The notes under the pieces: generated by a model | Databases searched by the model: none | Seen by the model: only the letters and a program-made list of their open reading frames with translations | Told to the model about the DNA's origin: nothing | Shown here: positions 19,080 to 28,583 of the stretch, in pieces | How positions within the stretch are numbered: position 1 is the stretch's first letter | Layout of the letters: every line of letters begins with the position of its first letter | Made by a program: the position numbers and the translations under genes | DNA from: a virus | Lineage: Duplodnaviria; Caudoviricetes | IMG/VR virus record: IMGVR_UViG_3300027749_000069 | Location: 30,383 to 94,382 of that record | Reading direction: 5' to 3' (one strand) | DNA: 64,000 bases

Positions 19080-19940
19080 ATGGTAAAAGAACTATATTAT
19101 ACAGAGGATCAAACAAAGGATTTTAATGTTATTATTTCAATGAGTGAAGTTAAAAGGTTAATAATTCGTGAATTGGGTGAAATAGCTCAAAGTAAATGGG
19201 AACCTTTAGGTAGATGGGGGAAGGGTGAGATTAAAGGTCGTCAGGTTTGGGGAGTTATGGACTCTAAAAAAAATGGTGAACTATATTGGTCACATTTTAA
19301 TAGGTTAAACACAAACAGAACAGGATTAACTCATTTAAGAAATAAAATAAATGAACTTTTAATATTAAACGGACAACCAGAGAGAATAATTTTCAAAGAA
19401 GATTTTCATTTAGATTTTAATTATACCTATAATACGGTTAAAAGAATGTTAAGGTTTACCAAACAATATAGAGATATTCTATTTGATGAAGAAGGTGAAT
19501 TTTATAAAGAATTAATTAGGTTGATGGTCGATACTTGGGATAGAGGTAAAGTTCATACTCAACATTTTATTGATAACTATAGAAGGTTAATACCTGAATC
19601 AACGGGTATTGAACATAATGATGATAAACCAGGTGATGTAAATGATATGTTAGATGGTATTGATTGTACTGTTCTATTTGATAATAGAAAACGTAATTTA
19701 CAAATTAAAGGAGTTACAAAATGTGAATTAAGAAACGATGGTCATTATTATGTTAATGTTAGTATGGTTTTAGAAAAATATCGTAAAGTTAACGCCTTCG
19801 TATTTTATCCATCAAATGAAGAATATGTTTATATGTTTAAAAATAATATAGATAAAATAATTTCACTTGTTGAAAATGGAACGTCGGTGTTTAAATTTTC
19901 ATCCGAATTATTTATTAAAAAAGTAAGTAAAAATGACTAG
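19080..19940 (+). CDS. Putative PD-(D/E)xK nuclease-fold protein
   Basis: DMLDGIDCTV...NLQIKG (D...QxK variant) preceded by a helical RGKVH segment. Confidence 0.5.
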   Translation: MVKELYYTEDQTKDFNVIISMSEVKRLIIRELGEIAQSKWEPLGRWGKGEIKGRQVWGVMDSKKNGELYWSHFNRLNTNRTGLTHLRNKINELLILNGQPERIIFKEDFHLDFNYTYNTVKRMLRFTKQYRDILFDEEGEFYKELIRLMVDTWDRGKVHTQHFIDNYRRLIPESTGIEHNDDKPGDVNDMLDGIDCTVLFDNRKRNLQIKGVTKCELRNDGHYYVNVSMVLEKYRKVNAFVFYPSNEEYVYMFKNNIDKIISLVENGTSVFKFSSELFIKKVSKND

Positions 19941-20133
19941 TACATTATTAGATTTATTTGAAACTGCGGGTAAGAACAATTTTGAATTTAACTACAAAAC
20001 AGGTGAAGGTGAAAACGTTCTAACTTTGGATTTGGAAAATAAAATAGTAACTTTAATAATAGGTGACCCTGAACGTAAAGATTTAGAACTAACTTTAAGA
20101 GACGCAATAATAACGATTAAAGGAGGCTCTTAA
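19933..20133 (+). CDS. Small hypothetical protein
   Basis: 66 aa, overlaps the upstream gene end. Confidence 0.55.
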   Translation: MTSTLLDLFETAGKNNFEFNYKTGEGENVLTLDLENKIVTLIIGDPERKDLELTLRDAIITIKGGS

Positions 20134-21868
20134 GTAAATCCTTACTGAATGATTCAGAGTATTCTCCGTCACCCATAACTTGGTCTATAATTCCTTTTTT
20201 CTTTTGTAATATATTATAGATAATTTTCTCAACTGTATTCTCAAACACGGGATAATAAACTAATACACTATTCTGTTGTCCGTAACGATACGCTCTATCT
20301 TCCGCTTGACTATGATGTGCAGGTACAAATGATAAATCATTCATTACAACAACTTCTCCCGCTGTTAATGTAATACCAACACCACCAGCAATAATATTTG
20401 AGATAAATATTTTTACCTTATCTTCATTTTGAAATCTATCAACACTCTCTTGTTTCTTTTCTTTAGACATACTACCATTTAATATTACGGAGTTCTTTTT
20501 GTATTTCTCATGTAACATATCTAATGACATTGTAAAATTCGTAAACACAATAACTTTCTTTCCTTGGTCTAAACATTTATCTATAATCTCACAAGTATAT
20601 GGAATTTTTTCGTAAGCAATAAGTTGTCTAATTTTCATTAAACGATTTAAGGTAACACTAATAGTTTCGTTGTCTTTTTTATCATTACTAATTCTTGTAA
20701 ACTCCTCCAATTCCTCGTCGTACATCTTACTTGTAAGTTCCACAAACACAGGTGTAACAATTTTTTCAGGTAAATCTAAAATATCAGTTTTCATTCTACG
20801 AAGAACATATGATTTAGTTCTTTCTCTCAATTCATCTAAATTACTTGCTCCACTTGTATTCCACACTTTTCTATTACCGACGGTAAATTGATAACCTTTA
20901 CAATATCTACGAACATATGATTGCCAATTTAATGTTAAAGGTGAATCAACAATCTTTAATAAATTAAAATAATTAATTGGTCTTGATGTCATTGGTGTTC
21001 CTGTTAACAACCAAACTTTAGGTATTGTTTCCAATACATCATTTAATAAACGAGTTCTATTCGCTGTTGCGTTTGAAACATAATGTGCTTCATCCACGAT
21101 TGCCAAATCAAACTTTTCATTTACCAATAATTTATAATCATCACTATCTTCACTTTTTTCTGTGGTGTGATAATTTTTTAATATATCATAATTGATAATA
21201 TAATAATCAAAAGTAGAACCCCATTTACGACCTTCAACTATTAATACTTTTCTATCTGTATAATTTTTAATCTCTCTATCCCAATTTATTTTAAGAGACG
21301 CGGGACAAACAATTAAAACTTTCTTTGCACCACTCTCCATAGACGCGATAACCGCTGCCGTCGTTTTTCCGAGACCCATATCATCGGCCAATATAAACTT
21401 ATTGTTCGCTAATAATTTCTCAATAGCAACCTTCTGGTGTTCCATAGGAGGACGATTATCATATGGACTATAATCAATTACACGATTTAACTTTTTCTCG
21501 TCTTGAACAATTGCGGACTTTGGTAACCACATTGCACTCATTTGGTCACTATCTAAAACTTTACCCCATATATGAAACGCTTTATCAGATTCACACAACA
21601 ATTTTTCACACCAAATTTTTTCAGGGGGAACGGGTAATAACCTTTCTTCCATAATTTTTTCTCCAAATGTGGAAACCAAATTAATATATTTTCGTGCAAC
21701 CTTTGGACTCAATTCGTAATATTTCATTACATATTCAGCTTGGGGTCTTGTTAACTTAAAATTTTTAACCTCATCTATCTTTCTTTTCCAATCCAATAAT
21801 TGGTTATTGGAACCTTCGTAAGTTAATAATATAGTTCTCGCTTCAATCTCGGGAATTTTTATCTCCAT
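20117..21868 (-). CDS. SNF2-family (SMARCAL1/HARP-like) helicase/translocase
   Basis: LADDMGLGKT, VCPASLKINW, DEAH, LTGTP, LRRMK, GVGITLT, QAEDRAYRYGQ. Confidence 0.92.
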   Translation of the reverse strand: MEIKIPEIEARTILLTYEGSNNQLLDWKRKIDEVKNFKLTRPQAEYVMKYYELSPKVARKYINLVSTFGEKIMEERLLPVPPEKIWCEKLLCESDKAFHIWGKVLDSDQMSAMWLPKSAIVQDEKKLNRVIDYSPYDNRPPMEHQKVAIEKLLANNKFILADDMGLGKTTAAVIASMESGAKKVLIVCPASLKINWDREIKNYTDRKVLIVEGRKWGSTFDYYIINYDILKNYHTTEKSEDSDDYKLLVNEKFDLAIVDEAHYVSNATANRTRLLNDVLETIPKVWLLTGTPMTSRPINYFNLLKIVDSPLTLNWQSYVRRYCKGYQFTVGNRKVWNTSGASNLDELRERTKSYVLRRMKTDILDLPEKIVTPVFVELTSKMYDEELEEFTRISNDKKDNETISVTLNRLMKIRQLIAYEKIPYTCEIIDKCLDQGKKVIVFTNFTMSLDMLHEKYKKNSVILNGSMSKEKKQESVDRFQNEDKVKIFISNIIAGGVGITLTAGEVVVMNDLSFVPAHHSQAEDRAYRYGQQNSVLVYYPVFENTVEKIIYNILQKKKGIIDQVMGDGEYSESFSKDLLKSLL

Positions 21869-21922
21869 ATAATATATATAATATAACTAAATAGAATGAA
21901 AGATTAAACTATTTATAAGGAT

Positions 21923-22435
21923 ATGAATAATAAACTACCTATTACGAGAATGTCCAAATTCCTTTCTCAGGATGACTTTGATTTAAATATTCAAATGGGT
22001 CAGGAATACCTTCATGGTGATTTGGGGATAAAATTGGTGCTATATCGTGTTGATAAACAAAAAACAGAAAACGACGATGTTTACGCTGAAGTTGGGGTAG
22101 ATGAAATTAAATACTTCCCACCAATTGAGTTTTACGCGTTGGTTAAAATAGAGGAACCAAAGAACAGTTCATATAAAGGTGGACTATTAAGATACAACGA
22201 ACCGGGTAATATGACATTATCGGTTTATATAAAACATTTGGAAGAATTAAAGGTTGACATAAAATACGGAGATTTCATTGGATATCCAGAATCTGAAACA
22301 AGAACAAGATATTATAACGTTTCAAATGATGGAAAAGTAACATCAGATAATAAACATAATATGTTTGGATACAAACCATATTATAGAAACATTGTATGTA
22401 CAGCAGTACAAGACAATACATTTAGAGGAGTATAA
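21923..22435 (+). CDS. Head closure/neck protein (gp14-like)
   Basis: Position before the terminator and sheath; beta-barrel-like pattern (DDVYAE...IKYGDFI...YYNV); late box at 21910. Confidence 0.55.
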   Translation: MNNKLPITRMSKFLSQDDFDLNIQMGQEYLHGDLGIKLVLYRVDKQKTENDDVYAEVGVDEIKYFPPIEFYALVKIEEPKNSSYKGGLLRYNEPGNMTLSVYIKHLEELKVDIKYGDFIGYPESETRTRYYNVSNDGKVTSDNKHNMFGYKPYYRNIVCTAVQDNTFRGV

Positions 22436-22436
22436 C

Positions 22437-23714
22437 ATGGGAATACCTAAAAGAAAAACAAATATTGAAATCTATAAAGGAAATGAACTCACTAAAAGGA
22501 GACAGGAACTTTTGGATAATATTACCAAATCAGATACAAATCTTCCTGATTCTATATTACATGATGATTTGGATAGAGGTATGTTAGATTATGTTACGAA
22601 AACATTTAAGGTTGTAACTGACGGTAAACAAATCCCAATTATTGATAAGATATTAACAATACAAAGGTGGGGTGAGTTTATGCAGAATTGGTCATTTACC
22701 GACGACGACGGGAATATGCAACTTCCATTTATTGCAACCATTAGAAAACCCGACGTTCAATTTGGAACAAATCCATCGGTTCAAAGAACAATACCTGACA
22801 GATATCAAGTTTATTACGCTTCAGTTCCGAATTGGAATGGTTCACAATTGGGTGCGGACATTTACACAATACCACAACCTATCCCTGTGGATATTACATA
22901 TGACGTAACAATTATATGTAATAAATTTAGAGATTTAAACAAGTTTAATAAAATCATATTACGTCACTTTGCGTCAAGACAAGATTACACAACGATTAAA
23001 GGACATTATATTCCTATTGTTCTTGATAAGATTGAAGATAATAGTCCAATTGAAACAATTGACGGACGTAGATTTTACGTTCAAAATTATCAATTTACAA
23101 TGTTGGGTTATTTGATTGATAGTGAGGAGTTCCAAGTAAAACCCGCAATTAACAGATTATTTACCATGTTTGAGTTTATAAAAGATAATCCCAAATTTAA
23201 TATTAATAAAGTTGTTAACACTAATGAAATAATACAAACTGTAAACTTAGTTGGAGACGGACTTCAAAGTGTGTTTGACGTAGGGGAAAGTATTGGTACA
23301 TTATTTGGAGTTTATATAAATGATGTATTACAAACAAAGAATGTAAATTATTTACATATTGCTTACACCTCAAAAATAGAATTTGTCAACCCATATATTC
23401 CAACGGCAGGAAGTAAAATTACTATTGTTTATTACAAAAGTAAGAATAGTAGAATAGTTGGGACATCAGGTAGAATTTTTAGTTTTGTTAGAGAAGAATT
23501 TCAATATACTGGAACCGAACCTTTATTTAATGGTGATATTAATAGACCCATGTTTGATACAAATCAAATGATTAATAGTGTAATTACTGTTGAGATTAAC
23601 GGATTGGCAGAACAAGAAGGTATTGGGTTTATAGTTTCAGATGATAGTTCATTCATTATATTATCAGATAAACCGTCCCTAAATTCAAACATATCAGTAG
23701 GGTATTTGTATTAA
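22437..23714 (+). CDS. Tail terminator/sheath stabiliser (gp15-like) with two extra C-terminal beta domains
   Basis: LPFIATIR, IPQPIPVDITYDVTI...DLNKF, FTMLGYL; the ATG at 22437 right after the upstream stop is more plausible than 22365. Confidence 0.65.
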   Translation: MGIPKRKTNIEIYKGNELTKRRQELLDNITKSDTNLPDSILHDDLDRGMLDYVTKTFKVVTDGKQIPIIDKILTIQRWGEFMQNWSFTDDDGNMQLPFIATIRKPDVQFGTNPSVQRTIPDRYQVYYASVPNWNGSQLGADIYTIPQPIPVDITYDVTIICNKFRDLNKFNKIILRHFASRQDYTTIKGHYIPIVLDKIEDNSPIETIDGRRFYVQNYQFTMLGYLIDSEEFQVKPAINRLFTMFEFIKDNPKFNINKVVNTNEIIQTVNLVGDGLQSVFDVGESIGTLFGVYINDVLQTKNVNYLHIAYTSKIEFVNPYIPTAGSKITIVYYKSKNSRIVGTSGRIFSFVREEFQYTGTEPLFNGDINRPMFDTNQMINSVITVEINGLAEQEGIGFIVSDDSSFIILSDKPSLNSNISVGYLY

Positions 23715-23724
23715 ACCATAATCT

Positions 23725-24228
23725 ATGTACGAATTTATAAAAGATAATGTAGTTTCAAGTCAGAGTCAAAATATGGCGGTTAATATAGTAACGGTCAGTT
23801 TTATCGCGGACGGAATACAAACTAAATTTAGTGTTGGAACTAACATCGGAACCTTATTTTCAGTTTCAATGAACGGTATAGGTCAAATAAGAGATTTAAA
23901 TTTTACATTTATAAACTACACAAGTACAATTACATTTTTTACTCCACCTATAAAGAACTCAATAATAACGGTACAATTTTATAAAGGAACCAATAGTGTA
24001 ATTTTAGACAACAAGGGTAAATTATTACAATTTGAAAAAGAAGAGTTTATTTATACTAACTCAAGAGTGTTTAATTTAAGTAATTCAATCAATAGTTTGA
24101 TAACCGTAGAAACCAATGGTTTGGCTGAAGAAGATTTAATTGGCTTTGATATTACAGGAGATAAAGAAATCACATATAATAATAACCCTATAGTGGGTTC
24201 AAAAATAAGTATATCTTATTTATACTAA
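23725..24228 (+). CDS. Stand-alone paralogue of the terminator C-terminal beta domains
   Basis: ADGIQTKFSVGTNIGTLF...INSLITVETNGLAEE versus GDGLQSVFDVGESIGTLF...INSVITVEINGLAEQ. Confidence 0.7.
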   Translation: MYEFIKDNVVSSQSQNMAVNIVTVSFIADGIQTKFSVGTNIGTLFSVSMNGIGQIRDLNFTFINYTSTITFFTPPIKNSIITVQFYKGTNSVILDNKGKLLQFEKEEFIYTNSRVFNLSNSINSLITVETNGLAEEDLIGFDITGDKEITYNNNPIVGSKISISYLY

Positions 24229-24383
24229 TCGTCCCCATAAATGTCTTTCTTTTTAGGTTTACAAAGTTCTTCAATATGTTTTTCAAGTACTTTATAAATT
24301 TTTAATCCATTTTTATCACAATAATTTTTTAACATTTCGTGGTGTTTCTCACCTATTTTGACATTTTTTTGTTTGTTTTCCAT
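24225..24383 (-). CDS. Ribbon-helix-helix DNA-binding protein (52 aa, not in the ORF track)
   Basis: MENKQKNVKIGEKHHEMLKNYCDKNGLKIYKVLEKHIEELCKPKKKDIYGDD: beta strand KNVKI, helix, G-L turn, helix. Confidence 0.7.
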   Translation of the reverse strand: MENKQKNVKIGEKHHEMLKNYCDKNGLKIYKVLEKHIEELCKPKKKDIYGDD

Positions 24384-24498
24384 ATAAAAGATAATTAAAG
24401 ATAAATAACTATCTTTTTAAGAAAAGTTCGGAAATCTTTGGTGAAAACAAAGATATTTATAAGATAAGTAATAAAACAATTTAACCAAACAACAATCG

Positions 24499-26919
24499 AT
24501 GGCAAATTCAAACAGAGTATTCGTTTCTCCAGGTGTTTATACATCAGAGAAGGATCTAACATTCGTAGCACAAAGTATAGGTGTTACAACATTGGGATTA
24601 GTGGGAGAAACCTTAAAAGGTCCAGCTAATGAACCAATATTAATTTCAAATTTTGACGAATTTAAAACATATTTCGGAGGAACATCACCAGAAAAAGATG
24701 GTAATGGTAATCCAAAATATGAATTAGGTTATGTCGCAAAATCTTATTTACAAGAGTCAAATCAATTATTTGTAACAAGAGTATTAGGAAAGACAGGTTA
24801 TAAAGCAGGTAAAACATTCGGTATTAAAACATTAGGTACAGATGCGGATATTGTAGTGGTAGCATTAAGATCAAGAGGACATTATTCAGGAGAAACTTTA
24901 GTATTTGAAGTTACTGGAAATACATCCTTCGTTCTTAGTGGTGCAACATTAACAACTAATCCATTATCTGAATTTGATATTCATGTTACAGGTGCAACAG
25001 GTGGATCTAAAGTTTTTACTTGTAGTTTAGACGTTACATCACCAAAATATATAACTAAAGTTTTAGGAACAAGTCCATATGATAAAGATAGAAGTGATGT
25101 TCCTTTATATGTTCACGAAGTATATCCAAACTTAACTAAAAATTTATATCACCAAGGTATGATTAGTGGTTTAAGTTTTACTGAAGTATATAACGCTGAA
25201 AATGACAATTTTTCAAATCCTTGGGATACACCAATGTCTCCTACTGTAGTTTCTGAAGTCCGCGGTGGTAAAGTTGATGATTTATTTGATGTTATTACAA
25301 TTTCCGACGGTGACGCAGCAAATCAGGAAGTTAAAATTACAATTCAAAATATTAATATTGAAACAGGTGAATTTGATATATTAGTTAGAGATTTTAATGA
25401 TTCGGACGAAAATATGGTTGTTTTGGAAAAGTTCTCAAGATGTTCAATGAATCCAGATGTTGCGGGATATGTGGCAAGAAAAGTAGGAACATCAAATGGT
25501 GAATATACTTTGAATTCTAAATATATTATGTTAAGTATGGACTCTAACGCACCATCAAATGCATTCCCTGCAGGATTTAAAGGTTTTAAAAATGCAGTAT
25601 TATCAGGGTCAACAAAATTAGGTAATGTTCTTTATAAAACTAATTATTTTGATTCAGGTGAAACAATCTATGGTACAACAACAAGTAACGGTGACAAATA
25701 TAGAAAAACATCTTTAGGTTTATCTTCAGATAGTAATTTTAGTTTTGACGCAGATTTGTTCAAATATAAAGGTTCAGGAACATTGAATAGTACTGATGGA
25801 TTTCACTTATCAACTAATGCATCTTCAATTACAGGTACAACATATCAAACAACGGGTTATGATTTGGAAGGTCAAACAGACGCCGCTAACAACAAATTAA
25901 CCAATATTAATTACCGTAAATTTACATTTGCAGTATGTGGTGGTTTTGATGGTTGGGATATCTACAGACAAGTAAGAACATATGGTGATGGTTATATATT
26001 TGGAAAATTAATATATATTTCAGGTCTTACAACAAATGGTGGATTATTTGATACCGCATCAGGAAACTCTGATTATTACGCGTATTTAGAAGGTATTAAT
26101 ACGTATGCTAATCCTGAAGCTATAGATATTAACGTATTTGCAACTCCAGGTATTAACTTCTACGACCATAGTTCATTAACAACTCAAGCAATTGACATGA
26201 TTGAAACCGATAGAGCCGATTCAATTTATATCATCGGAGCCCCAAATGAAACTATTGCTTCTAATGTTATTGACGATTTAGACGGTATTGCGGTTGATTC
26301 TAACTACTCTGCAACATATTGGCCTTGGATTCAAGTAAGAGATACAGATAACGCAACTCAATTATTCATCCCACCAACAGGTGAGGTTGTTAAGAATATT
26401 GCTTTAACTGACAACGTATCTTATCCTTGGTTTGCAGTTGCGGGTTATAGTAGAGGTTTAGTAAACGCAATCAAAGCTCAAAAGAAACTTACTCTTGACG
26501 AAAGAGATGAGTTATATAAAGCAAGAATCAACCCAATTGCAACATTCTCTGATACAGGTACCATTATATGGGGTAACAAAACGTTACAAGTTAGAGAGTC
26601 AGCTTTAGATAGAATCAACGTAAGAAGATTATTATTAAGAGCAAGAAAATTGATATCTGCAGTCGCTGTAAGGTTATTATTTGAACAAAATGACGACCAA
26701 GTAAGACAAGAATTCTTAAGATTGGTAAACCCTATCTTGGAATCAATTAAGAAAGAAAGAGGTTTATATGACTTCCGTGTAAGTGTATCTAATGACCCAG
26801 AGGACATCGATGCTAACACATTAAGAGGTAAGATTTACATCAAACCAACTCGTTCTTTAGAATTCATTGATTTGGAATTTGTAATCACTCCAACAGGAGC
26901 TTCATTTGAAAATATCTAA
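24499..26919 (+). CDS. Contractile tail sheath protein (gp18-like)
   Basis: VSPGVYTSEKD, YSATYWPW, PWFAVAGYSRG, RINPI, IWGNKTLQ, DRINVRRL, IKPTRSLEFI. Confidence 0.95.
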   Translation: MANSNRVFVSPGVYTSEKDLTFVAQSIGVTTLGLVGETLKGPANEPILISNFDEFKTYFGGTSPEKDGNGNPKYELGYVAKSYLQESNQLFVTRVLGKTGYKAGKTFGIKTLGTDADIVVVALRSRGHYSGETLVFEVTGNTSFVLSGATLTTNPLSEFDIHVTGATGGSKVFTCSLDVTSPKYITKVLGTSPYDKDRSDVPLYVHEVYPNLTKNLYHQGMISGLSFTEVYNAENDNFSNPWDTPMSPTVVSEVRGGKVDDLFDVITISDGDAANQEVKITIQNINIETGEFDILVRDFNDSDENMVVLEKFSRCSMNPDVAGYVARKVGTSNGEYTLNSKYIMLSMDSNAPSNAFPAGFKGFKNAVLSGSTKLGNVLYKTNYFDSGETIYGTTTSNGDKYRKTSLGLSSDSNFSFDADLFKYKGSGTLNSTDGFHLSTNASSITGTTYQTTGYDLEGQTDAANNKLTNINYRKFTFAVCGGFDGWDIYRQVRTYGDGYIFGKLIYISGLTTNGGLFDTASGNSDYYAYLEGINTYANPEAIDINVFATPGINFYDHSSLTTQAIDMIETDRADSIYIIGAPNETIASNVIDDLDGIAVDSNYSATYWPWIQVRDTDNATQLFIPPTGEVVKNIALTDNVSYPWFAVAGYSRGLVNAIKAQKKLTLDERDELYKARINPIATFSDTGTIIWGNKTLQVRESALDRINVRRLLLRARKLISAVAVRLLFEQNDDQVRQEFLRLVNPILESIKKERGLYDFRVSVSNDPEDIDANTLRGKIYIKPTRSLEFIDLEFVITPTGASFENI

Positions 26920-26945
26920 TCTAAAAGGAGATATATAAAAATAAG

Positions 26946-26973
26946 AAGAGTATCAGAAATGGTACTCTTTTTT
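26946..26973 (+). terminator. Rho-independent terminator after the sheath gene
   Basis: AAGAGTATCA-GAAA-TGGTACTCTT plus T run. Confidence 0.8.
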
Positions 26974-27031
26974 AATGCTCCACGTAGAACCATATTATAT
27001 AACAATTATACTATTATATTATACCCAGAAT

Positions 27032-27107
27032 ACTGGAACTAGATATACTAGTATTTATTATTGAAATATTAAATTATTAAAGGAGAGTATTAAACTGGAA
27101 CTAGATA
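27032..27107. repeat. 14-bp direct repeat ACTGGAACTAGATA x2 in an AT-rich intergenic element
   Basis: Identical copies at 27032-27045 and 27094-27107. Confidence 0.8.
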
Positions 27108-27243
27108 CTGGAGCCTGTAAAAAACTACGAAAAATAATTGACATAAACAAGTATTTCCAATAAAAAACTTAAAATAAAATTATTTTCCAATATAGATATA
27201 TTTATAAGAAAGTAAATAACTTAAAAACTTTAACAAATACAAT

Positions 27244-27732
27244 ATGGCAGATTTATTAATGAAAATGCCGGTTCCTTACGAACCGAAAAGAAAAAATAGA
27301 TTTATCCTAAGATTCCCATCATCTTTAGGAATAAATGAGTGGTATGTATTCTCCACAGCGAGACCATCTGCTAAAATTAAATCAGTTGAGATTCCTTTCT
27401 TGAACACAAAAACTTATGTTGCTGGTCAATTTGAGTGGGAAGAGATTAAAGTTCAATTTAAAGACCCAATTGGTCCTTCTGCTTCTCAAGCACTTATGGA
27501 ATGGTTCCGTTTACATGCGGAGTCAGTTACAGGTCGTATGGGATATGCTGCAGGGTATAAAAAAGACATTGAATTGGAGATGTTAGACCCAACGGGAGTT
27601 GTAGTTGAAAAATGGATTTTACAAGGTTGTTTCTTAACAAGTTTAAACTTTGGTGATTTAGATTACTCAAGAGATGATTTAGCAACAATCGACGCTTCAT
27701 TAAGAATGGACCGTTGTATCCAAGTTTATTAA
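27244..27732 (+). CDS. Tail tube protein (gp19-like)
   Basis: YEPKRKNRF, ARPS, YVAG...WEEI, YKKDI...LDPTGVVVEKW.L.G, FGDLDY; follows the sheath. Confidence 0.9.
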   Translation: MADLLMKMPVPYEPKRKNRFILRFPSSLGINEWYVFSTARPSAKIKSVEIPFLNTKTYVAGQFEWEEIKVQFKDPIGPSASQALMEWFRLHAESVTGRMGYAAGYKKDIELEMLDPTGVVVEKWILQGCFLTSLNFGDLDYSRDDLATIDASLRMDRCIQVY

Positions 27733-27753
27733 TATAATAATTTTTCATATGAG

Positions 27754-27788
27754 AAACCGATATACCAGAAATGGGTATCGGTTTTTTT
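27754..27788 (+). terminator. Rho-independent terminator after the tube gene
   Basis: AAACCGATA-TACCA-GAAA-TGG-GTATCGGTTT plus T run. Confidence 0.8.
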
Positions 27789-27833
27789 ATTTAAAAACTT
27801 TACTTTCTAATAGTTATAGTATAAACTTATATT

Positions 27834-28583
27834 ATGGACGAAACAAGAATAGACCCAACAATCGCATACGATGTGGTGGAATTACCAACTAAAGGTATCC
27901 ATTATAAAAATAAAAATAAATCAGTTAGAGTTGCATACCTAACCGCAAGTGACGAAAACATTCTATCATCACCAAGTTTAATTGGTTCTGGTTTAGTTAT
28001 AGATGAATTACTAAAAAGAAAAATATTAGATAAATCATTATCTATTGATGAAATCGTTGAAGAGGATAGACAAGCAATTCTTATATTTTTAAGAAATACT
28101 GCTTTTGGTACCGAATATAAAATAGAAGTCACTGACCCAAAAACAAATGAAACATTTACAGCCGATATTGATTTAAGTGAAATTAAAGTAAAAGATTTTA
28201 CATTAGAAGAAGATTCTAATGGTGAATATAAGTACTTTATGGAAAAAAGTAAAATTGATATTTCATTTACTTTTTTAACATTAAAACAAGAAAAAGAAAT
28301 TGATGAAATTAAAAAAAGTTGGAATGGTAATGGGGTTGCTCCAATTGTAACCAAACAACTTGAAATGATGATTAAGTCAGTTAATGGAAATAGAGATTTA
28401 ATGAATATTAGAAATTTAATTGAAACCTTACCAATTAAGGATTCACAAAGTTTTAGAAAATTCATTAACCAAGTTAAACCGGGGTTGGATCTAACCCAAA
28501 ATGTTACAACCCCGTCCGGAGAGACAATCCAAGTTGAAATTGGATTCGGGGTAGAATTTTTTCGTCCTTTCTATGGATTATAA
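27834..28583 (+). CDS. Tail/baseplate assembly chaperone (gp26-like)
   Basis: VELPTKG..Y, YLTASDENIL, DRQAILIFLR..AFG..Y, KPGLDL, ends GVEFF; lies between tube and tape measure. Confidence 0.75.
   Translation: MDETRIDPTIAYDVVELPTKGIHYKNKNKSVRVAYLTASDENILSSPSLIGSGLVIDELLKRKILDKSLSIDEIVEEDRQAILIFLRNTAFGTEYKIEVTDPKTNETFTADIDLSEIKVKDFTLEEDSNGEYKYFMEKSKIDISFTFLTLKQEKEIDEIKKSWNGNGVAPIVTKQLEMMIKSVNGNRDLMNIRNLIETLPIKDSQSFRKFINQVKPGLDLTQNVTTPSGETIQVEIGFGVEFFRPFYGL

Noticed and set aside
22365-22436. Upstream start for the tail terminator (also 12152 and 51815 for their genes)
   Set aside because: These starts overlap the previous gene or lie on or upstream of the late promoter box; downstream ATGs at 22437, 12173 and 51821 fit better.
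27032-27107. Mini-CRISPR (repeat-spacer-repeat)
   Set aside because: The repeat is only 14 bp with two copies and has no CRISPR-repeat features; kept as an origin/ncRNA candidate instead.
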